This document shows, piece by piece, positions 12,689 to 25,764 of a stretch of 64,000 bases of DNA. Both the position numbers and the translations under genes were made by a program. The stretch is from NCBI GenBank assembly GCA_951406725.2, contig OX597822.1:8990001-9054000 (forward strand). Reading direction: 5' to 3'. Under the pieces are notes generated by a model, which was not told the origin of the DNA, did no database searches, and saw nothing but the letters and a program-made list of their open reading frames with translations. Each line of letters starts with the position of its first letter. The stretch's first letter is position 1. The stretch comes from Octopus vulgaris (lineage: Eukaryota).

Positions 12689-13675
12689 TCAGGTGAAATT
12701 GGCCCATCCCTTCCAATCCATCGGTCTGGAAATGTTTGATTGAGGAACTGACGAACATGCTGTTCCCAATGTGGTGGGGGCACCATCTTGCTGGGAACTG
12801 ATGGTTGGTTGTAAATCAATCAGTTGTGGTGCCAAATATTCGGTCATAAGGTCGAGGTAAACATCCGCAGTAATTGTTGCCTCGTTGAAGAAAAATGGAC
12901 CAATTATTCGATTGCACATGATTCCACACCACACATTCACTTTTGGACTATCCCGATGAAGCTCCCTGGTCACATGAGGGTGTTCTGATCCCCAGATTCT
13001 CATATTGGGTCTGTTTAATTTCCCTGAAACATGAAAAGTGGCCGGGTCACTAAAACAAACTCACTTCAGGAATGCTTCTTCCTCAGAAATGCGTTCCAGC
13101 ATATTGAGTGCAAGCTCTTTTCGTTTTGGCTTATCATTTTGCTCAAGTGCCTGTAACAGTTGCACTTTATAAGCGTACGACCGTAAGTTCTTGTGGAGAA
13201 CCTTGCGCACTGTTGAACGTAGAAGTTGCAACTGTCTGGCAGCAGTGCGGATGGACTTCGTAGCAGAAAAAGCAAAGGCTTTTGAAACACGATCCATGTT
13301 TTCATCAGATGTTCTTGGTAGGCCACTCCTCTCTTTATCCAACACTGTCCCTGTCTCCATAAATTTCTTGTGCCATGAACGAATTGAAGGACGCGATGGT
13401 GGATCTCTTCCGTACTTAGTTCTGTAGTTTCGTTGAGTTTGAACATCGGATTTTGTCTCAATAAACCAGGATACACGTTGTGCCTCTTCATGAGGAGTAG
13501 CCATTTTACAAGGGTTCAGTGAATCAGTTCCCTTCTATCAACAGAGTATCTGAAACACAAAAATTTAATATCAATAAAACCTTTAATAAACAATTGTTAA
13601 AATAAATCAAATCTGGTTAAAATATTTCACCAACTGCCTTTCTAATATTTTTTAAAAATTGTAAATGGACTTTAT

Positions 13676-13680
<5 letters not shown>
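12689..13680 (-). mobile_element. Tc1/mariner transposase remnant (rosa/DD41D-like), 3'-truncated
   Basis: ORFs 13061-13504 and 12689-13003: MATP..VSWFIETKSD..YGRDPPSRPSIRSWHKKFMETG, RIWGSEHPH..DSPKVNVWCG..IIGPFFF..QQDGAP; partial TIR GGACTTTATGGA beside (TA)n. Confidence 0.85.
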
Positions 13681-13733
<53 letters not shown>

Positions 13734-13737
<4 letters not shown>

Positions 13738-14206
13738 TGACGTATATTTGCCATTTAAATATGGCTAACCCCTATGGGTGGATGCTACTGTAGTTTGTAG
13801 CCCCAGGAAGATACCTCCTCCAGCTGGCTATAGACACACTTTCTGTGCCCTATCATTGTTTGATTTCACTTTTTCAATATCAGTGTCAATCGACACTGGA
13901 AAAAGTATATGTATTTGTGAGGGAAACTGAATTCTCGTCGACAACTATGATTGTCACATGCCCATGATAGGTAAATACCTTGAAACTCGAGTCCATGTGT
14001 ATCATAAGTTGAAGACGGGAAGGATGACTTCCCTTCACAAATACTGATAGGGCACAGAAAGTGTGTCTATAGCCAGCTGGAGAAGGTATCTTCCTGGGGC
14101 TACAAACTACAGTAGCATCCACCCTTAGGGGTTAGCTAAATTCAAATGGCAAATATGCGTCACGATGTGTTACGGCTACTGTTTATAACTCGCTCTGAGA
14201 TTTATC

Positions 14207-14210
<4 letters not shown>
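13734..14210 (+). mobile_element. Penelope-like pLTR (family X) with 122-bp inverted arms and a degenerate HHR
   Basis: 13734-13855 is the reverse complement of 14045-14166; (TA)n on both sides; HHR-like motif at 13955-13999. Confidence 0.6.
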
Positions 14211-14246
<36 letters not shown>

Positions 14247-14253
<7 letters not shown>

Positions 14254-14953
14254 TCAATATAGGGTGGCAAAAAATTTTGTAGAATCTTATTGCCACCAGC
14301 GGCCTAGTGGGAAAAAATTAAATAGTCATAAACCATTTTTAAGTTCAACATCACAATCAAGGAACGGCCATAATAGGCCATTCACCCACTAGAAATAACA
14401 GCCAAAAGCTTCAACCGCAAAATAACATCAATTCCGTAAACCAGGAGAAAATTAAAAAAACATTTACCCTGTAATTTCTTATACGATGCACCGTTTCGTC
14501 TACTGTTTAATGGTAAACTAACCTGATTAAATTAAATCAAGCCAATCTACCATAGGCCCTTAGATTCATCAGTAAGAAATAGCCAAGTTGGAACAGATAT
14601 TTTTCACGAGGCATTCCGTCCCTGCCTCGGCAATATCTGACCTAAAATTTTCAAATCATCGCACTCGCGCCAAATTTATCGGCAGCAAATAAATATAAGC
14701 CGCCGATTCCATTACGGAACTAACCAGAAAATTCATAATTAATCAATATAGGGTGGCAAAAAAATTTTGTAGAATCTTATTGCCACCAGCGGCCTAGTGG
14801 GAAAAAATTAAATAGTCATAAACCATTTTTAAGTTCAACATCACAATCAAGGAACGGCCATAATAGGCCATTCACCCACTAGAAATAACAGCCAAAAGCT
14901 TCAACCGCAAAATAACATCAATTCCGTAAACCAGGAGAAAATTAAAAAAACAT
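14247..14953 (-). mobile_element. Retrozyme-like ~489-nt repeat, ~1.45 tandem units, inverted relative to 15186-16387
   Basis: TAATCAATATAGGGTGGC recurs at 14251 and 14740; contains the HHR at 14474-14580. Confidence 0.8.
14474..14580 (-). ncRNA. Type I hammerhead ribozyme (487-nt family)
   Basis: Reverse complement of the 15515-15621 motif. Confidence 0.8.
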
Positions 14954-15158
14954 AAGTTGAAGACGGGAAGGATGACTTCCCTTCACAAATACTGATAGGG
15001 CACAGAAAGTGTGTCTATAGCCAGCTGGAGAAGGTATCTTCCTGGGGCTACAAACTACAGTAGCATCCACCCTTAGGGGTTAGCTAAATTCAAATGGCAA
15101 ATATGCGTCACGATGTGTTACGGCTACTGTTTATAACTCGCTCTGAGATTTATCATTA
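14951..15158 (+). repeat. 208-bp duplication of 14003-14210
   Basis: Identical by eye at offset 948; joined to the retrozyme-like unit through a CAT microhomology. Confidence 0.9.
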
Positions 15159-15514
15159 TATATATATATATATAATATATATATATGCGGTTGAGGCTTT
15201 TGGCTGTTATTTCTAGTGGGTGAATGGCCTATTATGGCCGTTCCTTGATTGTGATGTTGAACTTAAAAATGGTTTATGACTATTTAATTTTTTCCCACTA
15301 GGCCGCTGGTGGCAATAAGATTCTACAAAATTTTTTTGCCACCCTATATTGATTAATTATGAATTTTCTGGTTAGTTCCGTAATGGAATCGGCGGCTTAT
15401 ATTTATTTGCTGCCGATAAATTTGGCGCGAGTGCGATGATTTGAAAATTTTAGGTCAGATATTGCCGAGGCAGGGACGGGAATGCTTGTGAAAAATATCT
15501 GTTCCGACTTGGCT

Positions 15515-15621
15515 ATTTCTTACTGATGAATCTAAGGGCCTATGGTAGATTGGCTTGATTTAATTTAATCAGGTTAGTTTACCATTAAACAGTAGACGAA
15601 ACGGTGCATCGTATAAGAAAT
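15515..15621 (+). ncRNA. Type I hammerhead ribozyme
   Basis: Stem I ATTTCTTA/TAAGAAAT (8 bp), CTGATGA at 15523, long stem II, GAAA, near-palindromic ACGGTGCATCGT, GUA triplet 15611-15613. Confidence 0.85.
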
Positions 15622-16001
15622 TACAGGGTAAATGTTTTTTTAATTTTCTCCTGGTTTACGGAATTGATGTTATTTTGCGGTTGAAGCTTTTGGCTGTTAT
15701 TTCTAGTGGGTGAATGGCCTATTATGGCCGTTCCTTGATTGTGATGTTGAACTTAAAAATGGTTTATGACTATTTAATTTTTTTCCCACTAGCTGCTGGT
15801 GGCAATAAGATTCTACAAAATTTTTTTGCCACCCTATATTGATTAATTATGAATTTTCTGGTTAGTTCCGTAATGGAATTGGCTTATATTTATTTGCTGC
15901 CGATAAATTTGGCGCGAGTGCGATGATTTGAAAATTTTAGGTCAGATATTGCCGAGGCAGGGACGGAATGCCTCGTGAAAAATATCTGTTCCGACTTGGC
16001 T

Positions 16002-16108
16002 ATTTCTTACTGATGAATCTAAGGGCCTATGGTAGATTGGCTTGATTTAATTTAATCAGGTTAGTTTACCATTAAACAGTAGACGAAACGGTGCATCGTA
16101 TAAGAAAT
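16002..16108 (+). ncRNA. Type I hammerhead ribozyme (second tandem copy)
   Basis: Same motif; CTGATGA at 16010, GUA 16098-16100, 487 nt downstream of the first. Confidence 0.85.
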
Positions 16109-16389
16109 TACAGGGTAAATGTTTTTTAATTTTCTCCTGGTTTACGGAATTGATGTTATTTTGCGGTTGAAGCTTTTGGCTGTTATTTCTAGTGGGTGAA
16201 TGGCCTATTATGGCCGTTCCTTGATTGTGATGTTGAACTTAAAAATGGTTTATGACTATTTAATTTTTTCCCACTAGGCCGCTGGTGGCAATAAGATTCT
16301 ACAAAATTTTTTTGCCACCCTATATTGATTAATTATGAATTTTCTGGTTAGTTCCGTAATGGAATCGGCGGCTTATATTTATTTGCTCC

Positions 16390-16556
16390 TAGAATCGGTT
16401 ACAGAAAAATATTCCCAAACTGGATTCCGAAACTGGCAGGAACACTGGAATCGGTATAGTGCTGTGCAAGGCGACTATTTCGATGAAGATGATGTTAAAA
16501 CTTAGCTAAATAAATTACTTTTTATCAAACATAACTAGTCCGGGAACCTTTTGAAA
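16390..16556 (+). mobile_element. Mariner 3' end
   Basis: Encodes ..WQEHWNRYSAVQGDYFDED; TIR-like GTCCGGGAACCTTTTGA. Confidence 0.6.
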
Positions 16557-16938
16557 TATATATACATAAACGCATGGATCCTGTTGGTTTCCTTTTTATG
16601 AGTCAGCTTGGTTATACCTTACTTCATTTCGTAACTGTTGCTATTTCAAAAGAATATTTGTTCAGTATTATGTTGCATACCAATTTTTGAATTCACATCT
16701 CCACCAGAAGATTCGAATTCATATATTTGTAAATTTTATTGATAAGATTACTTTCCTTGACAACTAACAGTTTTCATAAAGTTTCCGGTTTAAATTTAGA
16801 TTTGGACAACACAAATTTCAATTTTCTATTTGCCTTAGTATCGTACATTCGCCGCGAATCAAAACAACCCGGATTATAATAACTATAGGTAGCAAAAAAA
16901 ACTAGAAGGGCTTTGGAAGCATTCGAGAGATTACATTC

Positions 16939-17127
16939 AGGAATGGCTGTGTGGTAAGTAGCTTGCTTACCAACCACATGGTTCCGGTTTCAGTCCCATT
17001 ACGTGGCATCTTGGGCAAGTGTCTTCTACTATAGCCTCGGGCCGACCAAAGCTTTGTGAGTGGGTATGGTAGACGGAAACTGAAGCAAGCCCGTCGTATA
17101 TATGTATATGTTAATATATATATATAT

Positions 17128-17168
<41 letters not shown>

Positions 17169-17388
17169 TGTGTGTTTGTATGTCTGTGTTTGTCCGACCA
17201 ACATCGGTTGACAACCGATGCTGGTGTATTTACGTCCCCATAACTTAGCGGTTCGGCAAAAGAGACCGATAGAATAAATACTAGGCTTACAAAGAATAAG
17301 ACCTGGGGGTCAACTTGCTCGACTAAATGCGGTGCGACAGCATGGCCGCAGCCAAATGACTGGAACAAGTAAAAGAGTAAAAGAGTAA
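16939..17388 (+). mobile_element. SINE family S1
   Basis: Matches 8405-8812. Confidence 0.85.
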
Positions 17389-17986
17389 ATATGTTCGCAG
17401 AGTCCTGAGTTTAAAAACAAAAGAAATAATTCCACCAAGGAAAACTTTGCATTTCATACTTTCAGTATCGCTGAATAAGACAATAGGACATATTGGTGTA
17501 TTGGCTACCTTCGTAAAGTCGAAAAATACGTCTTTCTTTCATATTTTACCTTTCCTATGCTGGCTTCAGACATTCGGAATTTGAATAATGGTAACTGATC
17601 CCCCCCCCCACACACACACACACCGCACTGATGCATAAACGACATAGCACTTCAGGCAATATCCCAAACAGACCAATAGACATTAATTACAAAACAATAA
17701 ACTCACGTGGACCCTTGACTAAAGTGAGGCAAACGCTAGGAAATAAAAAAAAAATGATGGCCTCAGAAACGCACTATCTCTAAACATGTAATGCTTAGGG
17801 ATCGTCAAGAATTAGATTACAAATATGTTCCATTTTATTTTGGCATAGAGGATTCATATCTGCGTTTTATGAGGAAACCATAAGTTGTCCACGTCGTTGT
17901 GGTTGTTGCTGCTGCTGCTGCTGTTTTTGTTGTTGTTGTTGTTAAGCAACAAGACGGGTAAGGGTGATTAGGTGATGGTCTAGCGC

Positions 17987-18226
17987 TTAGGGGCGGGAGG
18001 CCCCAGAGATTGGAAAAAAAAATAACTTTAGTCGTCTTGTTGTAGTCGAGGGTTCTTCGTTGACCCCCGACACCTCTGGGAGGTGGCCCTCAAAGTCGCT
18101 GGAAATGGAGATCTCCAGGTCCAAATTCTTGAACAGTTGCTGCTGCTGCTGCTGCAGATGATGATGATGACGATGATGATGAACTTTTTGCTGATTTTTC
18201 GCGCTCAGCAGTGTATATATGTGAGC
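17987..18226 (-). CDS. Candidate terminal exon of a host gene (His/Gln-rich or Ser/Ala-rich reading)
   Basis: Non-repeat GC-richer island after AAACAG|; phase-0 frame open for 79 codons to TAA (AHIYTLLSAKNQQKVHHH..QQQQQQLFKNLDLEIS..); acceptor is weak. Confidence 0.35.
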   Translation of the reverse strand, partial: AHIYTLLSAKNQQKVHHHRHHHHLQQQQQQLFKNLDLEISISSDFEGHLPEVSGVNEEPSTTTRRLKLFFFPISGASRP

Positions 18227-18499
18227 CTGTTTAACATCATCATGTAGATATCATATTAAGTATATCTAACAGTCCAATTTGTTGTTAACATGACTCCAGT
18301 CAAGCGATAAATACCTTTCTTCCTCCCGCTAGTCATATAATTCCTGAAAACAGTCATCATTCCAACTTTCATTATCTCAACAAGACATCAACAAATCTTT
18401 ATTTATCTATGATGTCAACTTCATTAAAAACGGAATCCTATAAATGATGTTCTTTTATAATTCATGTTCTTTATAATCGTTTGAGATTCAAATAGTAGG

Positions 18500-18775
18500 A
18501 GAATTCAAAGAGAAAAGAAAGAAGAAAATGAACAAATTGAAAGAAATGGGACTGCAAGGTCAGTTCATACAACAAACCGAAGATGGTGGAAGTGAAGCCC
18601 ACTGGCTTTGGTTGATGGACGGGAACTTGAAACGAAAAGCAGAAATGTTAATTACATCCGGTGAGTAAGGAGTCCTATGAACAAATCTGATGAATGCAAA
18701 GGTGGACAAAATTCAGTCAAATAGTAAATGTACAATCTGCAGGAAAAGAAATGTGAGTATCAATGACATTTTCTG
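18500..18775 (+). mobile_element. Old R4/Dong-like retrotransposon fragment
   Basis: KEMGLQGQF..HWLWLMDGNLKRKAEMLI..SNSKCTIC, homologous to the 46018 ORF region. Confidence 0.55.
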
Positions 18776-18789
18776 TTCTATATTTAAGA

Positions 18790-19378
<589 letters not shown>

Positions 19379-19435
19379 GATCACATTTTGTGTGAGAGAC
19401 GTATAACACAAAAGGAGTAGAAGAGCAGGCAGTGA

Positions 19436-19752
19436 GGGCGCGTGGCTTAGTGGTTAGGGCATTCGGCTCATGATCGTAAGGTTGTGAGTTCGATTCCCGG
19501 CGACGCGTTGTGTCCTTGAGCAAGACACTTTATTTCACGTTGCTCCAGTCCACTCAGCTGGCAAAAATGAGTTGTACTTGTATTTCAAAGGGTCAGCCTT
19601 GTCACTCTCTGTGTCACGCTGATTATCCCCGAGAACTACGTTAAGGGTACACGTGTCTGTGAAATGCTCAGCCATTTGCACGTTAATTTCACGAGCAAGC
19701 TGTTCCGTTGATCGTATCAGCTGGGACCCTCGTCGTCGTAAACGGCGGAGTC
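19436..19752 (+). mobile_element. tRNA-derived SINE (head B plus tail shared with 648-1025)
   Basis: A-box TGGCTTAGTGG, B-box GAGTTCGATTCCC; flanked by a probable TSD TAGAAGAGCAGGCA. Confidence 0.85.
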
Positions 19753-20471
19753 TTTTTAGAAGAGCAGGCAAGACTGTTTAGGCAAAATAATGCTTTGGGA
19801 TGTGTCGAGAATGTGGCTTCAAAACATCACACGCTTGTGATAGAAAATGAAAATTACAACATATTGTGAGAGTTCGCCCTTGAGGCAAGAAGACCAGGCA
19901 TGGTTAAAAACGCTTATGTTGAAAGATATTCCATGATTACATAAATAACTACACCGACTTTTTTCTTTTTCAGATTCTGTCTATCTCCGACTTTATTCTG
20001 CAATCTATCCTTCCCTTTTAAAGATGCTTTGAGGTGGATTTAACTACACTTTCTTGCAGAAGAAACGACCATATAAAGAGTCACAAATACTTCACTTTGA
20101 TTTATATCAATGCATATCATGCACTCTTTTCATTCATTTTCAATTCTAAAGCTAAGCTTTTGATTAAAGGATCAGTGCGGGTTTGGTGACCCAACTTCAC
20201 AATTCAGTTTCGATTCCCGATTAAAATCAATCCATTATAATTAAGTCGTTTATGCTCGAGAGAAAAGCGTAATGATTATAGGATTCCGTCATTTCCTCTC
20301 ACCTATGTACGACCTTGCGTCCAATTAATAAATCGATATGTTATCATTCATTGTGATCGAATTTGTTATAATACATGTATTGATGTTCTTTATAATAATG
20401 CATTAGCTGTTACACATGAATTCCACAAAAATACACTGAGGAAGTTTGCTTGTTTGCGCGCAACATGAAAA

Positions 20472-20519
<48 letters not shown>

Positions 20520-20540
20520 TCTCTCTCTCTATATATATAC

Positions 20541-20602
<62 letters not shown>

Positions 20603-21628
20603 GTATATATATATATCTGTATATGTATGTATGTGTGTCTGTATATATAAACGTACATGCTCTTAGTAAATGTGTGTACATTTAAAAAGCTACAGCAGTG
20701 TTGTGTTAGTAAATTTAACTTAAGATAAGCACAGGTTTTATAAAATATTGTAGATGTCAGTGTGGTGTATTTTATGCGTATGTATATATACATATATATA
20801 CATACATGTACATATATACATATATACACACTCGTATAAAGTTATGCACATGTGTAGAAATACATCTGTATGTAGGTGTATATATATATATATATATTTA
20901 TATGTGATATACATGTTGATATGTATATACGTACATTACGTATATACGTATGCAAACATGTACATACATATAAAAACGTATGCATACATGTACATACATA
21001 TACAAATGTATGCATACATATATGTATACACATGTTGACAAATATGAATAAGTTGAAATTCTTTTTAAAAAAAATACACAGACATACACACAAAGAAAGA
21101 AAAATATGTAAAAAAAAATTAAGAGTACGGATCAAATGATATTGGAATATTTTTTTGTTCTTTCATTAAAAAAATGTGATATTTCAATATGTGAAAGATG
21201 TTATTGCATTATAGAAGAAGAAATACGTATGTCGTTATTGAAAAATATATTATGTAACTGATAATTCTATGCCACAAAAAATAACTGTATATTTATGTAA
21301 ATAATGATTTTAAATGTATTTGATGCACGTCATATATGCGTAAAAGAATAAAATGAAACATGAGTCTGCGCATGCGCTTATACATTTTAGCATATACTTA
21401 TACAGACAGGGAAAGAAACACATATACGTAATGACACTTCCACCGTCTCTCTCTCTCCCTCTCTGTATATATGCATACATATATATATATATATACAGGA
21501 TTAATCAGCCGAAATTTCCTATGATGATCCGGTTTCTGACTGAAAATTAAAGGCTTCGAATGACCCGTCCGTTTTTTGTGTTCGTCCCTTTGTGTATTTC
21601 ACGTTCTTGTTTCTTTATATATAATTTT

Positions 21629-22109
<481 letters not shown>

Positions 22110-22899
22110 TTATATATACATATATATATATACATATATACATACACACATAAGCACACATACACATACACAAACTTAAATGTACACCTCAGTGATTTGT
22201 AAATTAGTACATCTAATGAAGCTGAAATCTGGAATTGACAAATTCCATCGCCCCTGCTGTACACCTTTCATCTGTTGTTGACATACTTATAGGCTTTCTA
22301 TGGATGGATGGATGGATGTGTGTGTGTGTGTAAGTGTGTGTGTACATAAGGTCACCGAAATAATGTGAATTTTTGCGATATTCCGAATCCCTGATTGTGG
22401 TTGTTATGTCGCATCTCTTCCTCCAATTTCAAGGAATGAGTGGCACCCTTGTGTTCAGACCAGAAACCATTGCTTTAAAAATGCATCATTTCTGTTTTGG
22501 TTTGTAGAAGTGAATGAACTCCCATTTTATAGCTAGTAAGCTGGTTCCAGCGTCTTTTTTTAACGCCTTGTTAACTAAAATCTGTTGACTAGTGTTTTCA
22601 ATCGCTTGGTATTTAGAATACAATTCCAAATTTAATCAAACTTCTCTCTTCTCCAATGCAGAGTATGGATTGTTGATGATCATTCCCCCAATACCTGCGT
22701 AATTTATTCACTGAAGCGGTCACTGTGTCTTTTCGCTCCGAAAATGATCTGGCATCTGGTATCGTTGGTATCTCTACATGATAATTCGTTTTTGGCCTCT
22801 CGGCTTTCTATTATTCGCGATAACCGGTAGCTGGATAGCTTAGGAGATCGATATAGACTGGGAATTTTCTCAATCATAATAGTAATAATAATAATAATG

Positions 22900-23016
<117 letters not shown>

Positions 23017-23179
23017 TATACAGCTGACATTTTCCACCATACCCAGCAAAATATGCAGTGAATTTTCATATAATGATAATAATAATAATAAGAAGAAGAA
23101 GATGAGGAAGATTTTATTATTGTTATTATTATTTTTATTATTATTATTATTACCATTATTATTATTATTATTATTATTA

Positions 23180-23229
<50 letters not shown>

Positions 23230-23260
23230 GTTATTATTATTATTATTAATATTATTATTA

Positions 23261-23300
<40 letters not shown>

Positions 23301-23323
23301 CAATATTATTATTATTATTACCA

Positions 23324-23412
<89 letters not shown>

Positions 23413-23424
23413 GTTATTGTTATT

Positions 23425-23462
<38 letters not shown>

Positions 23463-23469
<7 letters not shown>

Positions 23470-24585
23470 TAGTTTTATTTTTATTTTTATAGCGTGCTTT
23501 CACTTCACTACCGAGCGCAGCTCTGTGTGCCTTGGGTATGTGCTGTGATTTGTTGTGATGCTCTGATGGTTATTGTATGGAAAGTGTTCTGCGTAGGATG
23601 TGTGCAATGCCTAGTAGTGCAATTTTCTGTATGTTATATGTGTTTGTAAGTCCTGGTGTTTTTGTTATGTATTTGTCTGAATATTTTTTTATCATGCCTA
23701 ATGCACCTACTATGATAGGAATTGTTTCTGTTTTCAGATTCCACATTCTAGTTACCTCTATTTCCAGGTTTTTGTATTTTGAGAGTTTCTCCATTTCTTT
23801 TAGAGACACGTTGTCATCTGCCGGTATTGATACATCAATTAGAAAGCATTTTTTTCTTCATGGTCTCTGACAACTATATCTGGTCTGTTGGCCTTAATTT
23901 CTCTATCTGTGTGTATCGGCATATCCCAGAGTATGGTTGCTTTCTCGTTTTCTGTGACCTTTTCTGGTGTGTGCCTATACCATCCTTTTTTCTGTTGTTA
24001 TTCCATAATGTTGGCATAGCTTCCAATGTATGTAAGTTCCAACTCTGTCGTGTCTGTGAATATATTCCTTCTTAGCCAGGACTGGGCAGCTAGAGATAAT
24101 ATGATTTATTGTTTCTTGTCCATCTCCACATATTCTGCAGTTACTTGTAATATTTCTTTTCATTACATGTTTTTGGTAATTTCTGGTGGGGAGGCTTTGG
24201 TCTTGTGCTGCAATTAAAAATCCCTCTGTTTCTGCTTTGAGTCCTGAGCTTCTCAACCATTGCTGGGATTTTTCTTTGTCTATTTCTTTTGCGTTTAGTT
24301 TAGTCCAGTATTTACCACGAAGGGCTTTTCTTGCCATCGTTTTATCATGGTTCGTTGCTGTTCTATTTTTAGTTTGGATTTCATTTTTTTTATAGCTTTT
24401 GTTGTTTCTTCATCTTCTTCTTCTTCTTCTTCATGTTTATTAGGTGGTATGATTTCTTGTTTGTATTTGTCAGCTTCCTTAAATACTGAGAACAGTTTTT
24501 TGTTTTGCTCGTGTTTTGCCGCTATCTGGATCAGTTTTCCTTCCTTCTGAAGTAGATATTTTTGCAGTCCTATGGTGGTTATTTT
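23463..24585 (-). mobile_element. R4/Dong-like non-LTR retrotransposon, 5'-truncated (CCHC zinc knuckle plus REL endonuclease)
   Basis: ORFs 23975-24337 (CRICGDGQETINHIISSC..RHD) and 23570-23809 (EKLSKYKNLEIE..PIIVGALG); embedded in (TAA)n on both sides. Confidence 0.9.
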
Positions 24586-24587
24586 AT

Positions 24588-24656
<69 letters not shown>

Positions 24657-24684
24657 GTTATTATTATTATTATTAATATTATTA

Positions 24685-24715
<31 letters not shown>

Positions 24716-24718
24716 CAA

Positions 24719-24766
<48 letters not shown>

Positions 24767-25289
24767 CATTATTATTATTATTATTATTATCGTTATTATT
24801 ATTATTATTAATATGACAATAGTAGTCCAACTTCTGGTACAAGAGCAGTAACTTCGGAGAATAGGTAAACTCGAATACATCGACCTCGCTTTTCAATTGG
24901 TATTTATTTGTATCGCCAATTGTTTTATTGAGAACCTAAAGACGGGCGAAATACCACCTAGCACTTAACTCGGCGCAGTAATGATCTGCTCGTTCTGCGA
25001 GACCTAACGTTTCTCTCTGCGGGAAACTGAAAGCTTCAACAGAAAATACTGAGGAACACTGGGGGATGTTTCAGAGTGACTTTGTGTAGTGTTTATCAGA
25101 GAAAATCCGTACGTTTAGCATAGGACATCTCGGGACCTGTTACAGGGGAATAGCTGAGAGCACTTTAAGACTTCCTTAAAATTTATCCAAGTAAACTGAT
25201 TCAATCCAGTCATACACCTCGAAATCAAAACATTGTACGTATATAATGCATATATAGATCTCTTCTTTCTTTTTTCTTTTATTTTTTTT

Positions 25290-25452
25290 CAGTCGTTTGA
25301 CTGCGGCCATGCTGAAGCACCACAGGACTTATTGTTTGTAAGCCTAGTACTTATTTTATCGGTCTCTTTTGCTGAACCGCTAAGTTACGGGCACGTGAAC
25401 ACACCAACATCGGTTGAAAAGCGATGGTGGGGGATCAAACACAGACACACAA

Positions 25453-25545
<93 letters not shown>

Positions 25546-25707
25546 CGACAGGCTTCTTTCAGTTTCCCTCTACCAAATCCACTCGCAAGGCTTTGGTCGG
25601 CCCGAGGCGACAGTAGAAGACACTTACCCAAGCTGCCACGCAGTAAGACTGAACCCGGAACCATGTAGTTAATAAGCAAGCTTCTTACTACACAGACACT
25701 CCTGCGC
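25290..25707 (-). mobile_element. SINE family S1
   Basis: Matches other S1 copies. Confidence 0.8.
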
Positions 25708-25764
25708 CTATATATATATTTTTTTTTTTAGTGTTTGTGTGTGTGCACGCGCGCATGCACGCTT

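Larger units (their letters stand above)
15186..16387 (+). mobile_element. Retrozyme-like tandem array, ~2.5 units of 486-490 nt
   Basis: GATTAATTAT recurs at 15351, 15841 and 16327; near-identical non-coding units, two with an HHR; starts in (TA)n. Confidence 0.85.

Noticed and set aside
21518-21556. Hammerhead-like ATGATGA..GAAAATTA
   Set aside because: Non-complementary 3/8 positions and ambiguous stems; not distinguishable from chance.
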